The translations under genes were made by a program, and so were the position numbers. A stretch of DNA of 62,061 bases, the filler included, from Choristocarpus tenellus KU-1152 (lineage: Eukaryota > Protista > Phaeophyceae): assembly GCA_964200185.2 (NCBI GenBank). It is 13 parts of 13 records of this genome, joined end to end, with 100 filler letters (N's around TTAATTAATTAA, not from the genome) between each part and the next. Parts side by side here need not be neighbours in the genome. Positions count along the whole stretch, not along the records: positions 10,861 to 18,304 come from CAXNAD020006148.1; positions 18,405 to 22,967 come from CAXNAD020013998.1; positions 23,068 to 27,456 come from CAXNAD020014780.1; 10 more parts are not named here. One strand, 5' to 3'. Positions 10,861-23,499 of the stretch are shown piece by piece. Every line of letters starts with the position of its first letter. Position 1 is the first letter of the stretch. A model generated the notes under the pieces. That model searched no databases. It was not told the origin of the DNA and saw only the letters and a list, made by a program, of their open reading frames with translations.

Positions 10861-12150
10861 CCCCCCCCATTTTTTTGCAATTTTTGAAGAAAGAACGCTC
10901 ATGTTGGGCTCGAACCCTGGATTGTAGGTCACCAGCAATGGCAACAGATGCACTATTTCTTGATTAAAGTATATACTTGTTTAGGCGGGGAAAAAACCTC
11001 CCCGCCCTTCTTTCTGTGTGTTCGCGCACCCACTCTTTGACCTCGGCAAGGATGTCCTCTTCGACGCCCAGAACGAAATGCCTCTCGAAGCTCCCTTGCT
11101 CCAACACCTTGATGTGGCCCTTAGTTAGGAAGTCTCTCTCCCATTTACTCACAGCTTCCGACCTGACCATTGCATATCCTGCTGCCATCTCGAGTGCCGT
11201 TTGACAGTCTATCTCGTCGTTCATACACAGGTACAGGATTCGCAGTGTTAGAGCCCTTACTATCACATTTCCTCATTGAGCGCTGGAAATGGGCACTTTC
11301 CGTGTTTCCTGGACAGGCGATATTTTATCATCAAGGCGCAAGGGTGAGGGAGGATAGGCTTGAGTTGATCGAAAATTGTGTTGATTTCTTGAATGAATGC
11401 AGGCGAGGAGAAAGCCTTAATCAACTCTCTACGTCCAACCCTAAGTCCAGGAACAAGAGTGAATGTACAGCATCTTGCAAGAAGTGGGAGACACCCAACC
11501 ATTGGTGTGCAAATAGTCTCAACCTCACCTCCTCTTCTTCCCTGGCGTCCACGTCAATAGGTACCCCACAGAGTTCATCACTGTACCACCTGGTGATGGA
11601 CTCGCCGCTCTCTTTCTACTTTCCCGAGGTGGCAGAGACTGCAGATCAGTACTCCGACGTGTTTGAAGATCCAACCTCGCTGCTGTGTGGTAATGATTTC
11701 CATGCATCTTCTCTCAGCGTCAGTATCATGACCCCGTGATCCATCGTGCGATTTGATCATGCTGCTGCGCCACAATACTCATAATTTCTCGTTACCTAAC
11801 ACCGCACTGAGTGTCAGATGGTACTTGCGAGTCAAAGTATCTTAGAGGGTAGAGCTGCGTCCATTTGGTGGCCAAAATCCAATGTTGCAATTTTGATGTA
11901 ATTTTGACTATCATGTTTGTTAGGAGGTGTCAATATCCTTGTTCTGGACACACCTTTTCATAACGTATACATTTGGAGTAGGTAAAATGACAATAACAAT
12001 CCGTAGGAAGCCAAGCCCAATATGGACAAACAAGGAAAAGGTCGTACCCTCTAAGATACTTTCACTCTTGCTTTTCCGTCGCCTCTCGACAGAAAAGGTG
12101 CCAAGAGTGGATCCAGGGGGAAGAGTGGCCACGGCGGCTCTCCTTGTCTC
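10861..12150 (-). mobile_element. Third copy of the IS630/Tc1-like transposon, interrupted by a MITE
   Basis: ORF 10964-11266 contains AVSKWERDFLTKGHIKVLEQGSFERHFVLGVEEDILAEVKEWVRE. ORF 11525-11707 shares QSLPPRESRKRAASPS with ORF 390-815. Confidence 0.75.
11829..12067 (-). mobile_element. MITE copy with a 4-bp TSD (TTGC)
   Basis: Reads ttgc|gagtcaaagtatcttagagggtag...gtaccctctaagatactttcactc|ttgc. The empty site is visible in the paralog near 258-272. Confidence 0.92.
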
Positions 12151-13692
12151 ACTGTCGTGGTTCATGTTGCTTTGTGCATCTCGTATATGTGTGCTCAGAG
12201 AAAGTCGGCAAATGGAGCAAAAAGATGTCCGCAATTTTTTTTTTTCCGTATCACCAAATGGAAACTTGGGGAAGAATTCTGTCCGCATCAGGTTTTTGCA
12301 GGGAGTTCAGCCAGCCACTTCATTTTTGTCCTTTTTGAAGTGGTGAACTCAAAAAACGTTGAACATGTTCTCCCATGTTTTTTCCACTATTCAATTTGGA
12401 TATAACTCTTGTTCACCTACGTTTGTACATTATTTATGGATACAAACGTTCAAAACCTCTTATCATAAGTTTCCATTTGATACATATTATATTATTATTA
12501 TGCCCTTTGATATTTTGGAGATTTGTCAGGGGGGAAACAAACAAAACTATACGTAAGAAATATTGTTGAATAATTATTGTGGTGATATAGTGAAAAAAGA
12601 AGATTGGTACACAGAGTTCATGTCTACAACAATTAAAATAGTGATGTTAATAATGAAACAAAAAAATATCTGTAGTATATTTTGATTTGATATGTGATTA
12701 ATTGTTATTTTGTAATTCATATCTAGCATCTACTACAGAATTAAGGTACATATTTCCACATGATTACACGATGTGAGATATTGAGGATTGGGTTGCTGTG
12801 TCTTGACGACTTTTTTTCTCCCATCATGAATTTCGAAGTGAAACCCCATACCCCATGGGTTTTTTATGACCATATCCAATATGCGACCAGTGTAGTTTCC
12901 TTCCAGAACATTGTGGCTCAACTATTCAACTGATTCAGCAACGACAAGAAGCTAGACGTTATCTTATCAACCACCTGTCGGTCGCCTGCACCCTCACCTT
13001 GGGAAACAAGGCATGTACGGTGGTAGTTCTCACATAACGAGGAGGAAAATACAGGAGTCTCGGAGAAGATGGAAGGACCATCCCGCCCAATATACATAAT
13101 TTTACCTGGAGATACAAATCTGGAACAGAGAGCTGACTGTGGCCGCTTGGAATGTTCAAACCATGGTGGTGAAAGGCAAGAATGGAGTGGGTCATATGGA
13201 GGTCTTGATGCAAAGGGATTGGGGTAATGAATGCGTTGTGATTGGTCTCTAAGAGGCAAGAAATATGAGATTTCTTGCCTGGAGCTGTCTGAACTGAAAT
13301 ACGGAGTAACCCTTTGTGGAGGTGAAGATCACGAGGTTAAATATGGAGTGGGTTCAGTGAGGGAATCAATCCTACAACCAGTCCCCCAATGCAGTAAAAT
13401 ACCTTGATAAAAATATGATAAAGGTTCGACTCCTGAAGACAGGCAGTTCCTCAGGAGTTATATTTGTTGTGGGTTAGGCCCCAGCTGACAGAAGAGGGCC
13501 AACGATGCTTTCTGGGAGAAATTTCAAAATGTGGTGGTGAAGCAGAATACCCCTCAAGGACAAGTTTTTTATTCTGATGGATGGGAGTGCCCCCACTGGA
13601 AAGAGAGGGGAGAAGGGCCGCATCATGACTACGGAATTCTTGGGGTATATGGATGAGATGTGTAATATTATAATGGTGAGGACCAGTTGATT

Positions 13693-14009
13693 TGTTACAG
13701 GTGGAGTGTCTTGATGGCGGTTTCATAAACACCATTATGACCTTGAAGTCCTAGATTTGATATACTTGTACTTCTTGACTATTTAGTTATTACTGAGTTA
13801 TTATCATGCTTTAGTTGGTAACATCCTCACCAGTTCCTTTCTTATGACGATTTTGACGATACTTATCAAGGGAATAATCCAAGTGAGAGATCCATTATAC
13901 TTGACGACTTGTGCATCAGGAGTACTATACGTGCATCAGCGTCATCTACAGGCTTGTGGACTGGAGCTGTAAGTCCTGTGGAGGAAAGCTTCTGGAGCGT
14001 GCTGTAGCA
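13693..14009 (+). mobile_element. Solo-LTR-like element (TGTTACAG...CTGTAGCA) with a 4-bp TSD (GATT)
   Basis: 317 bp, with GATT on both sides. Shares the aaacaccattatgaccttgaagtcctagattt core with three other copies. Confidence 0.85.
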
Positions 14010-15274
14010 GATTTTTTTGAGTGCTCAATGAACAGACTTCCACTTGTTAGCACATTTTTCTGTGTATCGAAGGGAAAAGGTTCCCTTGTGTACTGGGGTG
14101 ATCGAGGGGATGTGAGATTTTTTAACCTTTGTTAAGTCATCATAAGCCAAGCTGGTGGCCACCTCATACGTAAACATTAGGGTGCAATTGATTTTGCCAA
14201 CAAATCCAGATCACTGTTTTATAGCAATATTGCTCTGTCTCCTTGATTGCTGTGCTCCCAATTATAAGGTTAACAAAGGTAGCACGAAGGATGCATTTTC
14301 CTCAACCACCAAACCCTGAAGTCTAGTCCTCCATTGGCATCTGAACTAGTGATTATGGCTGCTGGAAACTCCTCACAGCAGAAGAGGCAGTGCCAACCAA
14401 AGATACAGCAGATGCAATTGCCAATGTCAATAATACGACATCTCCATACACAGCCCAATTGTTGGAAGCTGCCTCAGAAGTTCTCCTACCTCGTTCTTGG
14501 AGGGTGTTGCCGATAGAGTGGTTTGTGCAAGTGACCAAACTCAAGGCAGACTTCCTGGAAGCCTGTGAGGAATGGGAAGGGCATGGAGACAACTTCGTAC
14601 AGACCCCCAAAATGCTGCTTTGAAGAAGGTGTGTTGGAGAAAGCAATCAAAGAGCTCAAACAGGTAAGGGCATCTATTTTCCAGGAATTCCTTGACACTT
14701 ACACCAGGAAGACATAAAATGTTTATATTACAGGGACCAACCTGGTTTCTATGAACACCGGAAAGGGTTCATGGCAGAGAGAACCAGAGATAGTGCCTCT
14801 CAACATATCCATGACAAGTCTGGCCAGGTACTGCAGGAACAAGCATCCATCATGGAATAGTGAAGGAGATACTTCACACTACTCTTAACACCAAGTTGAT
14901 CCATCTCAATCCTCATAGTGCTGAAGTTCTCAAACAGCAACCCACATCTGTAGTCATTGCTAGTGCACCAACAACTATTGTAGCTGATGGACTCTAGGCA
15001 ATGCAATGGGAAGGCTACGACCCCTGAAAATCTTGTAGTTGAGTTACTAAAACTTGGTCTATAAAGGAGGATGTGGCTATCCTTCAGGATTTCTATAAGA
15101 TTGTGTTTAGTTGTGTGGGACGATGAAGTTGTGCAGCATGTCAGGAAGGACACAGTTATCACCATGCTTCCAAAAGAAAGACTGGGCTGACTTTTGAAAC
15201 TACACGGCCATCTTATTGGAGTCACATGCTGGCAAAGTACTTCTTTAGGTCACTGCACAGCTGCTGGGAGATTA

Positions 15275-15532
15275 GAGTGAAAGTATCTTAGAGGGTACAA
15301 GTTTTGCCCTTTTTGTCCATTTGGGGCTTGGCTTCGGATGGGATTTTTTAATGACATTTTCCTACTCCAAAATGTTTAGGGGTAGGTGAAATGTATGCGT
15401 TATGAAAAGATGTGTCCGGAACATGGATATTGACACTTCCAAAAAATACGATAGTCAAAATTACATCAAAACCACAACATTGAATTTTGACCCGAAATGG
15501 ACGCGGCTCTACCCTTTAATATACTTATGCTC
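15275..15532 (+). mobile_element. MITE copy inserted into the LINE RT, TSD TTA
   Basis: Removing the element and one TTA restores the reading LGDYLER. Confidence 0.88.
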
Positions 15533-17859
15533 TTACCTTGAACGGCAGAACACACTCTGTGAGGAAAGGTGTGGTTTCCAGCCTCGATCCTCCACAGTGA
15601 ACATGATGCACACGTTACATGGCCTCAAAGAGCTTGGCCATGAAAAGCCTATTTCCCATTTATGCGTTTTTGTTGATCCACAGAAGGCATACAACTCTGT
15701 TGGTTGTGATCTTCTATGGGTTATGCTGATCAAATTTGGAATACCTGAGGAGAATATTCCTGACATCCGCTAATTCCATTATGGAATAATGGGATGTGCT
15801 CGCATGAATGATGGCGAATAGAGAATATACATCTACTGATCTGAGGTGGGACCTTCAGGCTTCGTTTGGGGGGTGTTTTTGCTCCCATCTTCATCTTTTT
15901 CACTGCAGTGCTAGGTGCAGGAGTTAAGAAGTTCTCTGATCCGGCCATCTCCCAAGGATCTGGTTATCATTGAGAGAGCGCCACAAACAACAAGATCAGA
16001 GGAGGAACAGTATCAATAGGGAGTGAGTCAGCACTTAAGCTGCTCTCTTGTGAGGTACGCGCTTTCCTGATGATGCATGCATTTTTTCCAAGACGCAAGG
16101 AGGTTTGACCAAGATGATGGTGTTTGTGAAGGTGGTTACATCGTTCATTCTCACTGCATCAGCACTGAAGACGGAGACCATGCATGTTCGGCCTCCTAAT
16201 CAACCTGCAGTACCATGCAGATCTAGGCACTGGGCTAGACATACATAAGCAGACCGATAAGTTTGTTTATCTTGGGAACACCATATGTGATAAAGCCACT
16301 GTTGCTGTTGAGAGCATCCAGAGGATACAAAAAGGCTTGGAGTTGTTTTCATTTATACGGCCAAGTAGTATATGATAGGACCATAGGTGTATCCTTTACT
16401 TCAGATTCGAAAGCCCAAGGATGAGGTGCTTGAAGTTCTGTGATATGGTTGTATGATATGGACATTCTGCCAGGCTCATGTCATAAAGCTCATTCTCATC
16501 ACCATAAATACCTCCTCCACTGCATAGGACTCTTTAAATCCAAACGTATCCATCATTCCCTCTCCTACAAAGGTGCTCTTATGAAGACTGGGTGTGAAAT
16601 GATCGAGCCAACAATGTCCAAGCGTAGACTCCTATTTGCTGGATAAGTTGGACACGTAAGGGATACGACCAACTCCCTAAAGTGTTACATTTGGGGAGCT
16701 TGTGGCAGGAAGATGGAAGCAAAGTGGGCAAAAGAAAAATTAGTGGACGTTCCTCAAAGACGGCCTTGAGAAGTTTCGGACAAAGTTGAGGGCTGTACTA
16801 AGATCTCTGACCAACACAGAAGGGGTACGTGTGCGAGAGTGCCGGCATAACAAGCTTCATGGCAGAGAGGCGTTCTAAGGGAGTTGAGATAGCAAATAGT
16901 GTATAATACACCATGCTTAAGCAGCAGCTAAAGGTAACGCAAATCACCAACACCCTCACCACCACTATCATTACCAGTTGATAGCTGCTTTCCCCTTTTC
17001 GGTTGTTTTCTTGCGTCCATTGTTTTTTTTTTCTTTTCTTCCTATTACGTTATTTCTTGGGTGGTTGTATCTTCCACCCTCGGATTATCTTCTTTTCCAT
17101 TTCCTTTGTCCTTAATGTCATCTCAACGGTGTATTGCCTTCTTTGGACTACCTTTTTGACCAAAGGTCTAAGATCCCTTTGGGCTAGTTGATTATACTAA
17201 TAATATTAACAATGTTATTCTGGTAGTCACAACGAATTGTCCATCTGCACTACCGGCCCTGTGCCATCCTTCAGCGTGTGCCACTACCATAAAAACGCTG
17301 GACCAAGATTGAGGGGCAATGTTGAGGCGATTGATTGTCCTTGACTTGGTAAATGAGGGGATCTCAATATCACAAAGGGTGTGCAGACATCATTTATGCT
17401 GCTGAATAAACGACTCAATTAGTTGTTACAGCGCTGCAATGGCTCCAAAATTGGCAGTTAGGTATGCTTCCTCCCGAGTGGCAAACCCTTCTGTGATTAT
17501 TCAAAGACACATGTGTGTGGTTCAAAACCTTTGATCTGCTATGCAAGAGCGAATATAGAAATATCACCAGCTTCAAACAACCTCCATCCTTCACAGAAGG
17601 GTCTATTTGTAATAAATATAAAATATCTACTAGTAGTCATCGCTAGATGTTATGTTATGAATATGTGTAACTCTTGTGATGCTGCCCCCCTTCCCTCCTA
17701 CCTACATTTGTATACCACCCTCCTCCATCAAGAAAACGTTTCTATGATAAAAGTCTGGTCTCAAAGATGTTTGAAATCTGTATTATTCATGCACAGGTAT
17801 ATAGGCAGTTGATTGGTTCGTTTCGTTTCAAAATCACGAACCCTTTCATACACTCTCCA

Positions 17860-18180
17860 GAGTTAAAGTATCTTAGAGGGTAGAACCGTGTCCATTTGGG
17901 GGCGAAAATCCAATGTTGCAATTTTGATGTAATTTTGACAATCATGTTTGTTACGAGATGTCAATATCCTTGTTCTGGACACACCTATTCATAACATACA
18001 ATTTTACCTACTTCGAAACATTTTGGAGTAGTTAAAAATGTTATTAAAAAACCGCGGGAAGTCAAGTCCCAAATGGACAAAAGAGGAAAAACTTGTACCC
18101 TCTAAGATACTTTCACTCTTGACCCATTGTATTTTGACCCCCAAATGGACGTGGCTCTACCCTCTAAGATACTTTGGGTC
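17860..18180 (-). mobile_element. MITE copy (17860-18118) followed by a partial second terminus
   Basis: gagttaaagtatcttagagggtag...taagatactttcactc, then aaatggacgtggctctaccctctaagatactttgggtc. Confidence 0.85.
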
Positions 18181-18930
18181 CCCACCGATCGCCCGAGGAT
18201 CAAACAAGGTTCATACGCTCGTCTTCGAATCCAACAACTCCTACACCTTCACACTGCCCAAGACCGCCTGTTGATCGAAAAGACCATGCCAGTTGCTTCC
18301 ACAGNNNNNNNNNNNNNNNNNNNNNNNNNNNNNNNNNNNNNNNNNNNNTTAATTAATTAANNNNNNNNNNNNNNNNNNNNNNNNNNNNNNNNNNNNNNNN
18401 NNNNATACATAGATACATACATACATAGATGCATTGAGAGCTAATGTTCTTTTCAACAGCGATTCCCTCTCAGTTTAGTTTAGGGTTAGGGTTAGATCTA
18501 ACTGCATTTAAGATATGGGCAAAGTATCTATTGTACAAGGTTAGAAAAAAAGGTCTTTAAACTCTTAAAAGCAAAAATCAAGCCCTGTCTTATCTTGGAC
18601 GGTTTCAATCATATCTGTTGATGTATGCAGCAATATTTTGTTTATTTTTGGGGGGATATCACCTGCACATATTCATAGAACTCCCTGTCTTCTAATATAT
18701 TTGTGAATTTTGGATATTTGGTGTTGGTTCTAGGTGAGTATTCCGTTTTTTGTTCTGTTCCATGTTTTTTTGTGAATAGTGTTCTGTTACTTCCTTTGTT
18801 GGAATGTGTCTCTTTATCCATGGGTCTTATGTCATTTCACCGCACTTGTGTTCTATCTATCTATGTATGTATGTATCTATGTATGTATCTATGTATGTAT
18901 GTAATGGTATGGTGTGATGTCGGAGTACAG

Positions 18931-21900
18931 GGCGCAGTGCAGGCAGATGTGGGTATACTGGTCATATCTGCTCGGAGGGGTGAATTTGAGACTGGCTTTG
19001 ATCGTGGGGGGCAGACAAGGGAGCATGCTCTGCTGGCCAAGACCCTAGGGGTCAGGTAAGAGTTGTTTTGGTTGTATTTACCTACTGGTGTGCAAAAGAG
19101 GAGTGGACTAAACAAATTGAAAAGAAGAATATCACACTTAGGGTTAGGGTTGGCCTAGTGGAGATGTTTTTTTCTTACTGGAGTAGGCTGTTCTCTGGTG
19201 AAAAGGGTGGAAGGGAAGGGAAGGAAACTAGTCATGTTTTTGTATTGATAGGGAGAAATATCCTTTGTTTATGTGTGTGTGTGTGTGTGCGTGTGTGTAC
19301 ATTGGCCTTGTATACAGCAATTGCTGGTTTCATCAAGAAGTGTAGTAACTTATTAGGATGGTGAGGTTGAGTTAGGAATGAAAATTGTCTTCCTCGTTAT
19401 GCACTCTTATTGTGCTGGAAAGAGTATTATTTGTTACAATTTGGGTTACGGTTGCATGTATTCTTAACACACTTAATAGAAGGTATAACCTATTTTATGA
19501 GTAGATGTGCTGGGAAGTATGGGCTTGACGACCTGAGTATGGGGAGGCGTTTGTCATTCTACTCTTCCATAGCTGCAGCTTCAAAGGTCTGGGCAGCTTG
19601 TTTGAATATTTTTGTTACAGAGTAGCCTCAGAAGATATTTGTTTAGGTACATAAATGGATAGATGACTATTAATCAATGAGGTAGACGATGTTAAGGATC
19701 GGAAGGGTAAATGGGACAGATTACCACAACAATGGAAAAGGCTCTTCCCATTTCTAGAAATAAAATATCTCTGACCATAATGATACCCACGACCCTAAAG
19801 GTACTTGATTGTGGTGATCAACAAGATGGATGACAGCACTGTGAAGTGGGCAAAGTCTAGGTTTGATGAGTGCGTTACTAAGATCAGACCATTCCTCAGG
19901 CAGCAGTGTGGGTATGCTGTGAAGAAAGAGGTTAAGTTTATTCCGATCTCTGGACTGTCGGGGGCTAACGTCAAGGTGGAGGTGAGAGGCATTGCTATCT
20001 ACTTGTTGTTGTGATTGATAGATTGGGTTAGGGTTAGGGTTAGGATGATTCGGTACAGTTTCTGATGTTAGGGTTAGGGTTCTGGTGTTTTGTTTGTTTC
20101 GTACTGGTACCAATTGTTCTGATAAATTTGTCTATTTAAATATGTAGCTTATCTACAAAGTATTTTTTAAATGCTTGCTATGACAAAACTATAGTATCCC
20201 ACTGTTGGGGGTAGACATGTCAGAGATTTGGTAGGCAGCATAAATCGCCTCATAATGTGGGTGCTACATTGTAGAGGATAGTGATAGGGCTTTCTTTTTT
20301 GGTTGGAATTAGACCTGGCTATTTTATCATCTTGTGTGTATTCTACCATCTTCCACAGATTTTGAACAGAGTAAGTAAATGAGAAAGGACTGGACCATAG
20401 GCTGTTCAGGATAATGATGTTCAACAGGGTTAGTCTATCACTGTGGGAGTATGCTATCAGTCCAGTAAACAGCCCTGTTATTTCCCCATGACATGTGTAA
20501 CGTGTCAGTAGGCATGTAACCCTAATGACAATGATGATGATAATAATAATAATGATAATTTTTTGACCAAGTTATGTATGAACAATTTATAGCAGTTTTA
20601 TGACAGTCCTTATTTTAGGGTTGGGGGGGGGGGTGCTTTTCTCCTTTGCCAGTACTGTACAATAGTGTTGAAGTTACCATTACTGTTTCTGTTGGGTTGT
20701 CTGGTCCAGGTGGGGAGCGATGTGTGTCCTTGGTGGAGGGGGATGGTGGAAGGAGGAGAAAACAACACCAGTCAAGGAACGTTGCTGGAGGTGAGATATG
20801 TAATATGTTTACTGTATTGTAACATAGTAGTTGGATTCAGAGGGCCAGGGGTAGCGATCAAGGGCTGGAGACTCTTGCTACACAATGATGCGACCTTTCT
20901 GAATTCAAAGAGTGTATTTGATACATGTTTGTTCCTCTTTTTGGGAGACTTTGGTAATTACGTATGATCCTTGTTGTTATTAGCCTACTCACTTTTGAGG
21001 ACACACTACCCTGCCAAGTGCGCTTGGCATAAAACTGCTGCATTACTGTTCCTGCATTGGTGTGGGGGGTGTAAGTACATACAGTTCACAAAATACTGTT
21101 GATACTAATATTTTTCAAAAGACACAAGCAGGATCTTTGAGTTTTTGGTCCAGGGTCAAATTGTGTTCATTTTAGTATTGTTGTATATTTTGTAGTATTA
21201 GATAGTATATATACACCTTTTTTTTTGCTATTCCATGAAGGTATTGTTGGTTGATGTGGATACCCTTCATGTGATGATGCTCTGTTATGTCCAATCTGAC
21301 TTATCTGTAACATATGATCCTATGCATCTCTGCATGTGTATGCCTTCAGCTGTTGGACAAGCTTCATATGGATGACAGGTTCGCTTTAAAACCACTGAGG
21401 GTTCCTGTACTTGATAGATACACCGACAGGGGCACCATTGCACTGGGGAAGGTGGAACAGGCAAGGACAACACACTTTATATTACTATGTTAAATGTGTA
21501 ACAGTCAAAATGAGACAGCAGTTTGATAGGCTTTGGATTATCTTCAAGTACCAAAGGCCTGGAAATTATCCTTTTTTTTCTGTGAGAAATCACCTCACTA
21601 GTTTCTGAGAGGTATGTCTCGCTGTATACTGTTCCCCTTCCTGACTATCAGGAAACCCCATCGCACTGCATTTTATTCTCCCATTGTAAGTAGTTGAATC
21701 ATTAGCCTGCTTCAACCAAAATCGATTCACATCACAGCATTATTATTTTTCGAGGGTTAGGGTTAGTGATTACCCCATGCAAGCCCATATAATTATATTC
21801 ATATATTCATAATCAGTGTGAAACGGTGCATTCCTGTGTTTAGTCTACCTTTGGTCGATTTATTTATTATAATATATAATAAATAATATGAACTATATCC

Positions 21901-22203
21901 AATGCTTTTCACTCTGTTTTTTGTTTCAATTGGTGTTGCTGCTGTTCGTTGATCCTAGGGTTAGGGTTAGTTGACTGTTGTGTTAGTGTGCATTGCTAGG
22001 ATAGTGACAGTGTTGATTGTTTACTAGTGACATTAGTGAAGTTCTTGGATTATGTACTATGTACAATTAATAGCTACGTCCTCATTGATCATGTTGGTGC
22101 TGATGTTGGTGTTTCAGGGGACACTGCGGGAGAGCGATCAGGTTATGCTAATGCCTACTGGACAGGTAGCCAAGGTTGATTCCATCTTTATCAATGAATT
22201 GCG
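18931..22203 (+). CDS. eRF3: Eukaryotic peptide chain release factor 3 GTPase, partial; exons 18931-19055, 19801-19981, 20710-20790, 21350-21460, 22118-22203
   Basis: Spliced peptide: [54 protein letters not shown]...RFDEC...[15 protein letters not shown]...TLLELLD...[26 protein letters not shown]....VMLMP. All phases are consistent. ISARxGEFETGF and GTxxxGKVE favour eRF3 over EF1A or HBS1. Confidence 0.92.
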
Positions 22204-22809
22204 GTGAGCAAAACAGACTGGAACATCACCCAACACTTGGCTTGCCATTCATAGTTTTCGTGACACATCATTTCCAGCCTGTGGTATCACATGTTACACT
22301 CTTGTCAACGGTTGCTATGTTCCAAATTGAGATTGGGTAGTTTGTGGGCGATTGATCCACACTGTTGATGAATAGTCAGTGACTGCTTCTGTAAGAATAG
22401 TAGTGATAATTAATTATAGGGTGCCAACACCGATTTGATTTTGTGTACCAGATGGTGCAATTCATGTGATTAATTTGAGGATATTTTGGGGGTGAATTGT
22501 CTTTGGTTGATTGTGGGGTTGTACAGGTAGTGAGGTGACCCTGCATTAACTTTTTTTAATTTAGTAACTTGGAGAGATGTTGGCGTAGAGATCCTTCCAA
22601 TCACAAAGGTACTAGTAAAATTGAATGAGAACAGCTAGGGTTAGGGTTGGGTTAACCATATTTGCCTTACGGCATCTAAGGTCATTTATTTTTGTAGCAT
22701 GATGTGAAATGTTTAGTCCTGATGTCATTAAGATCATAAATGTCCTTGTTTCACAAAGTAAATGCTTCATACCTTACTTAATCACCAAGAATACTGAACA
22801 AGAATTGAA

Positions 22810-22967
22810 GGGTCAAAGTATCTAGGGGGGGGGGGTGTCATCGTCCGTTTTTCACCCTTTTTTTGATTTCATGTTTTGGTGTGATTTGGTTGCACGTATC
22901 AGATTTGAAATGTAAGCAAAAAAAAGTTGTTTGACCGAAACAGACCCCCCCTCACAAACCAACCCCC
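22810..22967 (+). mobile_element. Short MITE with G-run termini, truncated by the contig end
   Basis: Begins gggtcaaagtatctaggggg. The distal cccctcacaaacc is the reverse complement of part of 2456-2503, the opposite terminus. Confidence 0.72.
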
Positions 22968-23499
22968 NNNNNNNNNNNNNNNNNNNNNNNNNNNNNNNNN
23001 NNNNNNNNNNNTTAATTAATTAANNNNNNNNNNNNNNNNNNNNNNNNNNNNNNNNNNNNNNNNNNNNGTTTCCCCCCTGACACATCTGCAAAATGTCAGA
23101 GGGCATAATAATAAAATAATAATAAACTTCTATCTAATAAAGTAACATTTAGTGGTAACAATTTCAAAGGTGATGCGGTATAGTGATCTCTTTGGAAATG
23201 AGACAGATACTTAGGTGGATGGTACAATCTGGTGGTTGACCACAAGTACGTTGTCCATTTGACACATTCACATTTTTTTTAAGTCATGGTTGTGAAAGTG
23301 TTTGTATTATTACTGTGCGAAGGGTGAAATACGATTTAGTCGGTTGAAGCAGCTGTAACGTAAAGACTTCGATAACACTCAAGATAGTCCCCATAGGTAG
23401 TTACTCCATTCATGGTTGGTGGAGGTTATTAATGCAGCATATTCTGTTCTGGAACTCGAACTGGACGTTGTGGAGGGCTCCAACTCTGCACGATGTGGC

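Larger units (their letters stand above)
13150..16870 (+). mobile_element. Decayed non-LTR retrotransposon (APE endonuclease + RT, RTE-like) carrying two nested insertions
   Basis: APE motifs VIGL*EAR, FVVG*AP, ILMDGSAPTG and LVSTFF. RT motifs HAGKVL, LCEERCGFQPRSSTVNMM, CVFVDPQKAYNSV...LW..L.KFGIP and KFVYLG. Many stops and frameshifts. Confidence 0.85.
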
